64,000 nucleotides of DNA, taken from the NCBI RefSeq assembly GCF_963506605.1, contig NC_083281.1:20770001-20834000 (forward strand). Reading direction: 5' to 3'. A program made the position numbers and the translations under genes. The notes under the pieces are model-generated. The model saw only the letters and a list, made by a program, of their open reading frames with translations, made no database searches and was not told the DNA's origin. Source of the stretch: Zootoca vivipara (taxonomy: Eukaryota). Shown in pieces: positions 34,750-47,203 of the stretch. Positions within the stretch are counted from its first letter, which is position 1, and each line of letters starts with the position of its first letter.

Positions 34750-36824
34750 GGCTTCCGGGTTCAGCGCCAGCGCCGATCGGCGGGGTTTCGTCTCGTCTCC
34801 GAGACGGCCCGTCCCTGCTAGGAGTGGGGAGGGCAGCGAGAGCGACGCTGCGCCCCTTAGAACCTCGGGAAGGGCGTCCCGGGGGCAATTTGCTCGGCAC
34901 AGCCCCAATCCGGACTCCCCAACTCTTCGGTTAGCTCTAATAAGAGCTCCGGAGCGAGGAGGGTAGAAGTCGCGGGGGCCATTTTGAGCGGCAACGTTAT
35001 TCTAGCAGGGAGAAGCTTCAAGCCGAAGGCGGAGAGCGCTGGATTCTTCCGAAAATAAAACGATTGGAAAAGACTGTAAGTAACCTCACGATTTGGATTA
35101 TAAAACAATTTGGATCTGGGAGAGAGGGGAGAAAAGAGGAAGCCACCCCCCCCCACAGCAACAAAAGAGACAGTAAATAGAAACCCGAAGCCATAAACAG
35201 AAGATTTGCAATTCAAAAGGATCCCTCAAAGGCATCAAAGAGAATCTCCCCTTTGATGCAGGGTGAGAAGGGGAGAGAGACTGTGGTTTATGACTGCCCT
35301 GCAGCAAGAGGTAAAGACTGGAAAAAATCTTTCTTTTCCTCGGGAGCCGGCAGCCCAGACAACCCAGTGAGTTGATCAGGATTTATGAGTCAATTTTTAT
35401 TTCACTTTGTATTTCTGGACTTTGTGGAATTTCTTTTTTGGTTTAAATGTTTGTGAAATGTGAGTTCGAACTTTATTGTTAATAAGACTTGAAGAATGCA
35501 GCCAGCTTGTTAAAATGGAGTCGAGAAAATAAACTGTGATCATATTCCACCCCACGTGACAAGTTTTGACCTTGGCAGGATTGAATTATGTCAACAAAAA
35601 AGTGTTCCCCTGAGTTCCAGCGGTCTGTTTTGACCTTAATGTGGGAAACAAGAATAGAGCTATGTCAAGAGGAGACACGACGGCAAGAGTTACAGCAAAA
35701 ATTTCAGATGGTGATGGCAGAATATGATTTTTTAGGAGATGAAGCTTTTGACACTGAAAAAGATGAATGTGAGAATGACAATGATGATGACTGTGATTTG
35801 GAAGGAAAAGATGAAGATGAGGACTGTGATGATTCAACACAAAATGAAGCACACCACGAAAAAAATGATGACTTTACAAAAAGTTGGATGGAGTGCCCTG
35901 CTTTTGAGGGGGGCACGATTGGTATTATTGGATCTCCAGAACGCCCACAGGGAAGAAGGAAAAAATATGCAGAGAAGAGAAGAAATTCAGGGGTCCTGTA
36001 TGGTGGCCTGGATGGCAAAAGACTGTAAACAGGGGGTGGGGTGAAGGGAAAGTGATGTTGTGATTATATGGATGGATTAACAGGTTTATAACTGGTCTGC
36101 TGATTATGGAATTTGCTGGATTGGGGGGGTGGAGCCGGTAATCGGGGATGTAAGGTTAAATTGAGAATAGTTATAGTTTTAAAAGTGAATGGATTTTGGA
36201 AAATGTGAAAATATGGAGGCTTATAGAGGGAGAAAAAATTAGGCACGGGAAGATAAAATGGGAGTTTGATTTTTCAGTGATTTGAATATTAGATGAAAAT
36301 GTTAACAATTGATTTATAAGTTGTATAAGATACAAAGGTGTATTTTTATAAAGTAAGAAACTGTTGCAGATGATAAAAAAGGGATGAAAACCGGGGAAGG
36401 GGGGGGAGGGGAAGCCCACAAAATATGGTTTTACAATCATGAATGTAAGAAAAATTTTTCTGTTTTGTATTGTTTTTTTCTCTTTTTTTGCCCTTTCTTT
36501 TTTTTCTTTTTTCCTATTTCTATTTTTCTCTTTTTTTGGTATGACAATAGATGGTTGGATGGATGGCCTCCTGCGTACTGCCCTGGTTTGCTGGAGCTCC
36601 CTGGTGGCAGGGGGGGGCTTTGGGGTCAGGGGAGGGGGAGGAGGACAGAAATCCAAGCATAAAATGGACCATCTCTGACTGTTCACATACATGGGATACT
36701 TCTGTGGCAGGGGAGGACCCATGTGGGTGGGTAGGAAGGAGGTGGAAAAGGTGTTTATGTATGTACCGTTTTTTTTTGTTTTTTTGTATTCTGTAAAATT
36801 AATAAAAAGTATGTTAAAAAAAGA
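34750..36824 (+). mobile_element. Full-length-looking non-autonomous L1-type retroposon, no ORF2
   Basis: 17-bp TSD AAGAACTTAATTTGTTC (34733-34749, 36825-36841) at a TT/AAGAA site; CpG-rich 5' end starting GGCTTCCGG; AATAAA at 36801-36806 and short A tail. Confidence 0.8.
35588..36028 (+). CDS. Orphan 146-aa ORF inside the retroposon (helical N-terminus, acidic tract, basic C-terminus)
   Basis: ATG-initiated open frame in the element's sense orientation; no family recognised. Confidence 0.4.
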   Translation: MSTKKCSPEFQRSVLTLMWETRIELCQEETRRQELQQKFQMVMAEYDFLGDEAFDTEKDECENDNDDDCDLEGKDEDEDCDDSTQNEAHHEKNDDFTKSWMECPAFEGGTIGIIGSPERPQGRRKKYAEKRRNSGVLYGGLDGKRL

Positions 36825-37043
36825 AAGAACTTAATTTGTTCCGGAGGTCCGTTCTTAACCTGAAACTGTTCTTAACCTGAGGTACCACTTTAGCTAATGG
36901 AGACTCCCGCTGCCGCCGCGCCACCACCACACGATTTCTGTTCTCATCCTGAAGCAAAGTTCTTAACCCGAGGTACTATTCCTGGGTTAGCGGAGTCTGT
37001 AACCTGAAGCGTCTGTAACCTGAGATACCACTGTATGCTATTT

Positions 37044-37085
<42 letters not shown>

Positions 37086-37197
37086 TGTGTTTTTATGCCG
37101 GCTTTATGCCCCCCAAATATGCACGCTTTTTTGCATTATTTGGTTGGAGAACTACATTGCAAAATGTGGATTTCCAGGGATATTATTTACCGGTATT

Positions 37198-37393
37198 NNN
37201 NNNNNNNNNNNNNNNNNNNNNNNNNNNNNNNNNNNNNNNNNNNNNNNNNNNNNNNNNNNNNNNNNNNNNNNNNNNNNNNNNNNNNNNNNNNNNNNNNNNN
37301 NNNNNNNNNNNNNNNNNNNNNNNNNNNNNNNNNNNNNNNNNNNNNNNNNNNNNNNNNNNNNNNNNNNNNNNNNNNNNNNNNNNNNNNNNNNNN
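37198..37393. other. Assembly gap (Ns)
   Basis: Run of n. Confidence 1.
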
Positions 37394-40176
37394 AAAACCC
37401 TCCCTCTATGCACTCTTTTTCTGTGCCATGCATGCATCGTTTTCGTAAACTTCTAGCATGTTGCCTCTGACTTGCCTTTTCCCTAAGCTAAAAATGCCTT
37501 TTCTCATGGGAGTCGCTTGATCCCTTTGATCATTTTCTTGGACGTAACAAAGTCAAACACATGTCACCAGCCAGGCCTGATACCTCCCCAGCGCCTCTCG
37601 AGGGCTGCAAATAAGGTTGTCACACACCATGCGGCCAATGAACCTCATTTGTGTCTGGCTAGATGTTCTCACGTCATGCAGGCTGCATTCGTATTCTTCT
37701 ATGTTCTCAGTCATACTTTGGCGGCTTCTTGTCCCAACTTGTTTCTCTTCTTTGGGCCAAGCTGCATGGGTAGCTTCCCTAAAAAGGACTTGTTTTTCCA
37801 CCCCGTCCACAAATAAATGTTCATTAAAATAAAACATGGGTGCTTTCTAAATACAGTATTTTTCCATGTATAAGACGCCCCCATGTATAAGATGCCCCCA
37901 AATTTTGGGCAATGTTTTTAGGGGTGGAATCTAGTCTTATACACAGAAAAATATGGTACTCTGGATACCACTGGCTGATCTGGTGCCACGACGCTCCCCA
38001 AAGCAAGCTCTGCTCTCGAAGGACATGTCTCTGCTTGACTCTGAAAGTCTTATTACCATCTCTTTGTATCATAGGCATGCATATCAGCCACTCTGAGACA
38101 CGCAGGGCGAAATCCCAGTTTCTGGTACCTGTTCCTAGTAAACCGTTGCCCCTGCTCTCTCTCTCTCTCTGTTGATGTGAATTTGAAAAGTTTTCATCGT
38201 TCAGAGTGTATGCATGCATGTCTGCTTCTGTTGGCATCTGTCTGTCTCGAGAGACAATGGAGTGCGCCTCCGGGGGTGAAGTCAAACTGCTGTGCTAAAA
38301 TGACCTCCTGGGTAGTGTGGATGGAGGTCCGGGGCTGCCCAGATGACAAGACTCCCCTTCCAGTCTCGCTGATGTGGTCCAAAGGAAAACAGAGCAAGAC
38401 GTCTGGCACCAGCTTGGCTGCAGGAGTTGCCGTAAAGAGGCGTACAAGGCGCCATCCAATCATTTTAGGGACTGCAGATTTGTGTAGGGTTTACTCCTTA
38501 GCCGTTTCTTCTCCCAGAGATGTTCTCGAAGACAGTGGAGATTTAGGATCTGAGTTTTCCTTCTCCTGGATGAGTGACCTTCTCAGGTGGATCTGAGCCC
38601 CATCTGCCCCTCACTTCCTTCTACAGCCCGTGCAGTAACTGCCTTCTTGACCATTGGGTCCACTCTTGGCCTCATCTGCTCCACATGCATGCAGGGAAGT
38701 CCCTGATACACTGAGGGTTTGAGACCCATCAGCGACCCTCACCTGGTTTAGCAGGCCAGTCAAATCCGTTCCTCGCCTGCCGACAGCTTCTAGGAGCCAC
38801 AGGTGAGAGCTGGGTGCAGGGTGGGGACCAAAGGGGGACAAACTACCCCAGGAGGAGCATGATGTGTCCCCCACCAGAGGTGCTACCACTCCCCTTAACA
38901 CCCCATACGTATAATACAGGCATCCCCAAACTTCGGTCCTCCAGATGTTTTGGACTACAATTCCCATCTCCCCCAACCACTGGTCCTGTTAGCTAGGGAT
39001 CATGGGAGTTGTAGGCCAAAACATCTGGAGGGCCGCAGTTTGGGGATGGCTGGTATAATATGTCATCACTCATAGCCTCTGATGCTGCAATGAGTGAAGG
39101 GGAGGACAATTCCCCAAGGGATCGTGGGGGCAGCCATCTTGTATTGCCACACTGTAAGTAGTTAAGGGATTGCTGTACTATCCTTGTTGTGAACAGCTAG
39201 TTCAAAGCCAAAGGGCAGCCAATGGACCAGAAATAAGAGCATCTGATTGTTTTTACTCTGAGTGGCCATTATGTTTTTAATTGAAGCTCGGCTTTTCAAA
39301 AAGAAAAGAAATACATTAGACAACATCTCTGGTCAACTGTAGAGCCTCAAATAGGTTGACCAGCACATGCAAAGGTACATGTGGAGGATACCTTCACAGT
39401 TGCACATCACATGCTGTGCTGAGCTCAGGCAGGCAGGCGGGTGAGGGCAGTGGCAGAGCAACTTGCTGAATTGGCAGCTGTGGGGATTGTTATCACACCT
39501 GCCTTCCCATGCAACCCGAGTAGTGACCTGCCTTGGACTCTGCCCCATGGCTCCATCAGGCGATCAAAGTTGGCATCTTTACAGAAAGCTATGGGCCATC
39601 ACACAGGAACAAGGGAAGCTGCCAAACCACTGGTCAATCAAACTGCATACTGTCTACACTGACTGGCGGCAGCAGCTCTCCACGGTTTCAGGCGGGAGTC
39701 TCTTCCAGCCCTATTTGAAGATACCAAGGATTGAAACTGGCACCTTCTCCCTGCAAATCAGATCTATGCCCCTTCTCCAGTTCAGATAGCCCCTTCTTCC
39801 AGGCCCAGAAAACAATAGACTTAACTTCTTCTTTTACCTCCCTCCTATCTAATTCCATCAGGGCCTACAATCCAGAAAGTTCCCAAGTGCATCATTTTAA
39901 CAGCATTCGTTTTTGCCTGGGCCTGTGTGTGGCAGGACAGGCAAAAAGAATGAAACCACTTGAATATACCTGGCAAAGCAGAAACAACCCCACGTTTTTG
40001 CACCTGGTTGTTCAGAAACATCCTGCATTGCAGGGGGTTGGACTAGATGGTCCTCAGGGGCCCCTTCTATGATTCCATGCTCTCTGTGGAGCTGCAAAGG
40101 TATGCTGCTGATTTGGGATAACCGGTGCCGTTTCAATTACTGTTTGCCTATTCCTCCTGCTCTGTGTGTATATCAG

Positions 40177-40426
40177 CATAGCTGCCAAGTCTCCCGTTTC
40201 CCCCGGGAAACCCCTGTTTTTCCGGCTGTCCCCAGCCAAAAAACCGATTTTTTTTGTTTTTCCCCGGTTTATTCTGGCGTGGCGGCCATTTTGGAACTGG
40301 GCGGAGCATGCTCAGAAGTGACTTTTGATGCTGCTCTGCCCAGTTCCAAAATGGCTGCAGCGCTACTTCCGGTATGCTACTTCCGGTCCAGTCCCTTATT
40401 TTTCAGAGAGGAACTTGGCAGGTATG
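40177..40426. mobile_element. hAT-type MITE just downstream of the APOE polyA site
   Basis: TIRs CATAGCTGCCAAGT / ACTTGGCAGGTATG; flanking duplication GTATATCAG. Confidence 0.8.
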
Positions 40427-40506
40427 GTATATCAGTTGTCGTGCAATGCAAAATGAGACATGAAACTCCATCACAAGAAAGGGAGACCCCTGTATCCAAA
40501 GTACAT

Positions 40507-40512
40507 TTTATT
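40507..40512 (-). terminator. APOE: Polyadenylation signal of APOE
   Basis: AATAAA on the minus strand about 400 nt after TAA. Confidence 0.7.
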
Positions 40513-40911
40513 CAGCTAACAGGTCAAAATGGGAAAGAAAAAAAAAAAAACACCAGGAAAGCCAAGAAATTGTGGTGAAAGGAATGACACAAGTGTCTTG
40601 AGTGTGAGGTGTTAAAACGGGGAAACAGGGCAGAGCGCCCTTTCTTGTCAGTGGTTCACAGGTGCAACAGCGGTTACTAATGGAGGGCCTAGAAAGTGCT
40701 GGTCACCAGAAAAAAGTGTGTGGAATGTTAATTGGCCAAAATGGCAGCACTTTGGCCAAGTAGAGCTGGACAGGGAGGGGGACCTGCCGTGCGGTGTGAG
40801 GTTAGTATACAGCAAGGACCATCAATGCCTGTCCAGCCAAAGAGAGCCATCTTGGTTCCCATAGAAACGGAGGTTGGCCATGTTGCTCTTCCTGGGAGCA
40901 CAGGCCAGGCC

Positions 40912-41527
40912 TTAGGCCTGTGCCTGCACCTGCACCTGAGCCTCCTTGACTTTCTCCACAAGGGCCTGGATCCGGGCGGTGAGGTCCTCCACCAAGGGGG
41001 CGAACCACTCGCGCACCTTTTCGGCCGTCTGGTCAAAGGAGTCCTTCAACTCCTGAGCTCGGCTGTTGAGTTGCTCGTGGACCATCTTCCCTTGCTCCCC
41101 GACAGCCTGCATCAGGGCCTGGAAACGCTGCTGCCCCTTTTCACGGATTTTGGAGACATAGGGCTCCAGGCTCTGGCGCACGGCTTCCACCTTTTCGTCT
41201 GCGCTGGTTTGCACCTCCACCCTGTAGGTGTCAAACTTCCTCTGCAGTTCATCAACGTCCTTCGTGAGGCGCTTCTTCATCTTGCGCATGTAGAGGTTGA
41301 ACTGGGACCGCAGCACCTCCATGTTGTGGTTGAGCATCAGGCGTGCGTCATTGGTATACTGGACCACCTTGTCCTTGGTCTCCTCCATGTCAGTCCGCAG
41401 CTTCCCGGACAAGGCCGACATTTCGGTCGTCAGGCGCTGCTGAACATCCTGGGCGTAGGGGCCTATCTTGGAGCGCAGGTTTTCTGTGTAGAGGTCCAAC
41501 TCTGCCATGGTGTCTGTGATAAAGCCG
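40912..41527 (-). CDS. APOE: Apolipoprotein E, last coding exon
   Basis: CTTCTCCACAG| acceptor, phase 2; amphipathic repeats, receptor-binding YMRKMKKRLTKDVDELQRK (human HLRKLRKRLLRDADDLQKR) and WFAPLVED (human WFEPLVED). Confidence 0.95.
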
Positions 41528-41814
41528 CTGTGGAGAAGGAGGAGGTAGCAGGGAAGGGTCAGAATCATGTCACCCTGGTCATTCTCTAGCATTAGGCCCT
41601 GCCGCCATAATTCTTGCGGGCCTCAGATCTCTCCAGATGGAGGCCATACAGACAACCAAACTATCCTGAGGTGAGCTTGCCCACCTTGGAGGAACATGGG
41701 TGCCTGGACCACCCTGCTAAGTGGCAAAGAGAATTTGGCCACCCTGACACCACATTCACACCATACATTTAAATCCCTCGTATACCTCACTGGAAACTAT
41801 AGATCATCTGGTTA

Positions 41815-42330
41815 TCTCCTGCTTGGAGAGGGCTACCTTTGAAGGTGACTTGGAAACTACCAACTAATCCAGAACACAGCTTCCAGACTAGTAACTGGGA
41901 GTGGCGGCTAGGAACATATAACACCTGTCTTAAGAGGATTTACATCGTCTCCCAGTACGTTTCCAAGCTCAATTCAAAGTGCTGGTGCTGGCTTTTAAAG
42001 CCCTAAACAGCCTTGTTGACCTAATACGTATACCTGAAGGAGCGTCTCCACCCCCATCGTTCAGCCCAGACACTGAGGTCCAGCTCCAATGGCCTTCTGG
42101 CAGTTCCCTCACTACAAGATGTGAGGTTACAGGGAACCAGGCAGAGGGCCTTCTCGGTGATGGCACCCTCCCTGTGGAATGCCCTCCCGTCAGATGTCAA
42201 GGAAATTAACGACTAATGGACTTTTAGAAGACATCTGAAGGCAGCCCTGTATAGGGAAGTTTTTAATGTTTGGTGTCGTTTTGTGTTTTAATTTGTTGGA
42301 AGCCGCCAGAGTGGATGGCATATAAATAGG
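41815..42330 (+). mobile_element. L2-clade LINE 3' fragment in APOE intron; further L2 3' ends at ~43475-43845, ~48060-48170, ~32830-32970 and (minus) ~42705-42780, ~50130-50210
   Basis: Degenerate LQLIQN..HITPVL..LH.LPV..FKVLVL.FKALN segment and shared GGAAGCCGCCCAGAGTGGCTGGG 3' motif. Confidence 0.75.
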
Positions 42331-42660
42331 GAATTATTATGGGTGCATTGAAGCCACAGGCCTACAATTCCTAGCACTTTTACAAACTACAGTTCCCAGG
42401 ATTCTCCGTGGCTGTTCGGTCAAGTGGTATAAGAGACCCTTAAATAGATGTCATAGATGGGGCTCCAAGTCAGATTTGACTTACATGTGAGATAAAATGG
42501 TCGCCTGTCACCAGAGTCGGTTTGAGCCATGAACAAAAAGCTGTCAGCCATTCAGCCAGTCTCAGCTCCAGCCCTTATGACTGACAAGGGCCAACCAAGT
42601 GTTTGTGGTTGGAAAATCTAGCTATTAGCGCTTCCAGGAAACAGCAAAGCAACACATTTA

Positions 42661-42708
<48 letters not shown>

Positions 42709-43842
42709 TCACCACTCTGGGCGGCTTCCAACAAAATATTAAAATACAACGGTCTGTTAAACATTAAAAGCTTCCCTAAACACCAGCCATTTGCTTCCCC
42801 CTTTAATGTCTCCCATCTGTGAGGGTGGCTGCCTGACGCTTCCTCTATCCTCAGGGCTGAATTCAGACCTTTGGAGACCCTAAGCGCTTAAAAGATTTCG
42901 GTATCCCCATAGATATCTAATTCAAAATATGAGCGGCAATGAAGTGTGAAATGAAATTTTATTTTTTTGAAATGAAACGAAACCTACAGTAAGATGGAAA
43001 ATAATGTTTATTTCCCTATATTTGTATGAATAATGTTTCTTTTTGTTCAGCTGCACCGTATGGCCTATATGGTAAATCTGGCAACGGGAAATTTCTGTGG
43101 TGCCCCCCCTTTCCCTTGATGCCCTAAGGGTGTGCTTATTTTGCTTAACGGTTAATCCAGCCCTGTCTATCCTGGCTACACTCTCTCACATCAGCTTGCG
43201 ACTTACATCTTCCACAGTCAGCACCACAGAGAAAGTGGACATGTTCTGGGATTTATGATGCTCTTCTTCCAAACAACTATTACTCAGGTTAAAGGTCACC
43301 AAATTAAGCTGAGTAACGCTGGGTACACACTCTTGTTTACTCTTCATCCAGTGTGACCCCCTGGTGCTGGTTTAAAAAGCAGTGTTTACACAATGATTAT
43401 CCACAATCCATATCTATCCTGTTGTTTCTTATGGAATACTGTGTCTTGGTGCATTTCCCCCCTGCAAACCAGCACAATTCAAAGTGTTAGTGCTGACCTT
43501 TAAAGCCCTAAATGGCCTCGGCTGTTTATATACCTGAAGGAGCATCTCCACCCCCATCGTTCTGCCCGGACACTGAGGTCCAGCACCGAGGGCCTTCTGG
43601 TGGTTCCCTCCCTGCGAGAAGTGAAGTTACAGGGAGCCAGGGAGAGGGCCTTCTTGGTAGTGGTGCCCTCTCATCAGACGTCAAAGAAATAAACAACTAT
43701 CTGACTTTTAGAAGACGCCTGAAGGCATCCCTGTTTAGGGAATTTTTTAATGACTGATGTTTTAATGTATTTTTAATCTTTTGTTGGAAGCCGCTCAGAG
43801 TGGCTGGGAAAACGCAGCCAGGTGGACGGGGTATAAATAATA

Positions 43843-43876
<34 letters not shown>

Positions 43877-44407
43877 GACAAAAAGAACACCCAAGTGTAT
43901 TTCAAGCTGGCAATGTGTGCACAGCCTAAATCATCCTTCAGCAGGAGACTGCCCATAATGAGGGACCACTCTGGAAGATATCGTGGCCCTATCAGGGTGT
44001 GAGCCAATCTGACAACGCCAGTCTCTAACATTAGGCCCCAGTAAATTTCAAAGCTCTGTTGGTTCCAGAACAAATTAGGGATGCGAGAACCGAAGCAACA
44101 TTTTGCAAAGGACCTGACAAATTTGAAAATTCTAAGGGCTGATGTCCAAACAAACAAAAACAGAAGATTATAAAATCCAGGGTGTTTTTTTTAACTTCAG
44201 AAATTGTACAATTCCGATTGGGATTCCTGCCATGTCAGATATCACCCATCTTAAGATCTATGTCATTCTATGAGAATTAAGAGCAATGTGAGCTTGGACT
44301 CTTTGAAGCAGGCACTGGGGCTGTGGAAACTCCAGTTGAGCATGTGTCATTAAAAAACCTCAGCTAGCGCCTGTACCCACTTAAAAGGAAGAAGCAAAAC
44401 CACTCAC

Positions 44408-44558
44408 TCCAGTTCCTTGCTGAGCTGCGAGCTCTTGATCTGAGCGGTGGCATCATCAGCCGCATCCCCAATCCTGGTCACTACGTCCCTGAAGACATCC
44501 ACCGTCTCCTCCCATTTGGATTTTGTCCCTTCTTCGGGGACAGGGTTGGCCAAGGAGC
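44408..44558 (-). CDS. APOE: Apolipoprotein E, middle coding exon
   Basis: 151 nt, phase 1 to 2, CACGCAG| ... GA|GTGAGT; (G)SLANPVPEEGTKSKWEETVDVFRDVVTRIGDAADDATAQIKSSQLSKEL(D). Confidence 0.93.
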
Positions 44559-45641
44559 CTGCGTGGATTAGGAAAAGGAGGGAAACATTCAAGGATCTAG
44601 AAACAGGCCGAACTCACGTCCCACCAAACTGAATGAGGGATGCCTGTCAATATGGGGCATCACACCAGGTTGCAAGCCACTTACAAAGTGAGGCCCTTGG
44701 AATCAGTGAAGCCACACTCCTGCGAGTCATGGCAAGGGGAAAACAGGAGGCAAAACATGGAGGGATTTATGCAGCATAGTCCTGCTCAGAGGAGACTCAC
44801 TAAAAACAATAGGCATGTGTCTGTTGATTTCAATGGGCCTCCTCTGAATATAACTTTCTTGGAGACATGTCCCCAATTAAAAAGGTACTTCCTGCTGCAG
44901 GGGGAAAGTGCCACCATCTTGTCGCCTCTTCCCATCGCTAGCTAGTGTCTCAGCGACTGGGATGGGACAGCTTGAGTGTGTAGTTTGTGACTGCCCAGTG
45001 CTTTTGTTCAAAATGCTGGTCATTTTTCAAGCCCAGATGGAAGTGCCATGCACGTCCTTATCTAATCCCAGTGGCTTTTAGGGACGATGTTACTTTCACA
45101 ACTCAGCATTCCTAGATAGGGTGACCCATCTATGGGGCCAAAGGTTGCGGCTGTTAAACACAAGTCCTAAACTAATCTTGACAAGGCACCTGCAAGCCGG
45201 AATAGGCAAATAGCGACCTTCAAATACTTCAGCCTAGGGTGGTCAGTCGAGCCCCGCACAGAGCCTCCCCTTCTGGTAAAAGGGCAGCCCGCCCACCCCA
45301 ACCTTTCCCCTTAAGATGAATTTTCTTCCCATTTGTTTGCAGGTTTATCCTGCCCTGTCCTCCGAAAACTCCCCTCTTTATCCTCAAATCAATCCTGCGA
45401 GGTAGGTGAAGCCGGCTGACTCAGAGTCAACCATGTCCGAGCAGGAATTTAAACCTGTCTCTCCCCCCAATCCTAGTCTCATGCTCCAACCACTACACCG
45501 TGCTGGCAAGCTATGAGAGGGGACAAGGACTCTACAGCTCCTGCCTTCCACAATCAGCAATAGGTCACTTCCCTTATTTCATATTACACATTACACAGTT
45601 GCACAAGTGAAGCACTCTGTGTCCCTGAGAGATGCTACAGC

Positions 45642-46094
45642 CAGGGCCGGATTTAGGTTTGATGAGGCCCTAAGCTACTGAAGGTACAGTAATGGGGTCC
45701 TTTTACATGTCCAGCTGTCCTTTGTCAACAACAAATTGTCACTGTTTTTTGTGTTGAATATATACTATATGGTAATTTATGGACTTAATAGGTATCTAAA
45801 ACCATTTGCACATGCAACCAGTCCATGCAGAATGTAGGCACCCTATATATGGAAATGAACAAACCAGTGATATTCTAGGGAGCAGGCTAGCAGGCGGGGC
45901 CCATGACTGACATCATAGGAGCCTACACAATGCGAAACACTGTTGCTGTGTGTAGGTTTTATTTTATTGGTTTTTTTATCTTATATTTTGGAAATGTACA
46001 TCCCTATGTTTTTTCCTTTAAATTTTTGGGGGGCCGCCAAGAGAGTGGGGCCCTAAGCTACAGCTTGTTTAGCTTAAACGTAAATCCGGCACTG
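45642..46094. mobile_element. hAT-type non-autonomous element in APOE intron (partial copy at ~8733-8895)
   Basis: TIRs CAGGGCCGGATTTA / TAAATCCGGCACTG; imperfect 8-bp TSD. Confidence 0.75.
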
Positions 46095-46689
46095 CTACCA
46101 GCCAGTGCAGACAGCACTGAGCTAGATGGACAAGTGTCCAATTTTTTATAAAGCAGCATCCATTGCACAAGTGAGCAGGACAGAGTTTAAAAGCCCATGT
46201 GGCCAGCATCCCCATAGTTTTAAAGCACAAAAGTCAAGCCAGCTCAGATTTCTGGCTGCTCCCAACAACACAACCCTGATGTTGTGGCGTTTCTAGTCTA
46301 CCTTCAGCCCTCCTTCCCTCTTTACATTAGCTCACGCCACACACAACTTGTGGAGGAGCGATATTCTCCAAACAAACCACGGCATAAGTCTAAGAGCTGC
46401 TTTGCTAGATCGGACCAAAGGTCCCTCTGGTCCTAGTGTCATGGACAGTTGCTTCTGAGGAGCCCACAAGCATATGGTCATTCCTCTGTGGTCTGTCCCC
46501 AGCATCTGTCTCACAGAGGTATACTGCCGCAGTTTGTGGAAGTTCCAGACCCACAGAGGATAGAAGTCTGTGCTGCATTTGAACTAGCCTTTAAGGAGCA
46601 TTGGGATAGAGGGGGTGAAGGGTGTTTACCACGTTCTGTGTTTCCAGTTTTATTTAAGACAAACCACCTCTTCCAATTCCGTCACTCAC

Positions 46690-46732
46690 CTCCCAGCAGG
46701 ACCGCTGTGAAAAACAGGGCAAGGAATTTCAT
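46690..46732 (-). CDS. APOE: Apolipoprotein E, signal-peptide exon (exon spans 46690-46755)
   Basis: MKFLALFFTAVLLG+G, 43 coding nt as in human APOE, GAG|GTGAGT donor. 43+151+616=810 nt gives 269 aa. Confidence 0.93.
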
Positions 46733-47151
46733 GATCACTGACTTTCTGGACCTTTCTGAGAAACGGAGAAATTAAAAAAAAGGGACACAATTAGATAATG
46801 GAGTGACCCTCAAGGGTGGGTGCGGGTATTTCCCCCCACCAGCAGGAATCTTTAAGAGACACACACACAGGATTAATCGCAGCCCAGCCAATGATGAAAC
46901 TGTATCTGCTCAGTCCTGAAAGGGAGACCCCACTGAATGCCGTACCATTAAAAAAACAACAACACAAAAACAAACCCTACATTAACAGATTTTTCTCCAA
47001 ATGTCCTTAAAATGAAAACAGCTCTTTCCCCTTGGTTTCTTGATCCCAGTCCACAATGCAGATTAGAACCCACAAACCCCACACACCTTCAAAACAAGAA
47101 AAGATCGTGCAAGGTTGCTAGTTATCCTGCTTTGCTCTCACCTTCCTTTAC

Positions 47152-47182
47152 CTTCTCTTCCTCTGGAGTCTGAAAAGTGTTC
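47152..47182 (-). other. APOE: Non-coding first exon of APOE (TSS approximate; alternative donor 10 nt further, exon end 47142)
   Basis: AAG|GTAAAG and AAG|GTGAGA donors downstream of TATTTAA (47204-47210). Confidence 0.65.
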
Positions 47183-47203
47183 AGCCAAACCCTCTGTGCA
47201 GAC

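Larger units (their letters stand above)
34716..37033. mobile_element. Tc1/mariner MITE split by a 2.1-kb retroposon
   Basis: TA-CAGTGGTACCT ... AGATACCACTG-TA termini. Confidence 0.8.

Noticed and set aside
40732-41589. 285-aa plus-strand ORF
   Set aside because: Antisense shadow of the GC3-rich APOE last exon; no independent gene signals.
41528-41592. N-terminal extension of ORF 40912-41592
   Set aside because: Intron sequence upstream of the acceptor at 41528.
43207-43245. 39-nt cryptic exon in APOE intron with GTAAGT donor
   Set aside because: Poor polypyrimidine tract and an in-frame stop; no support.
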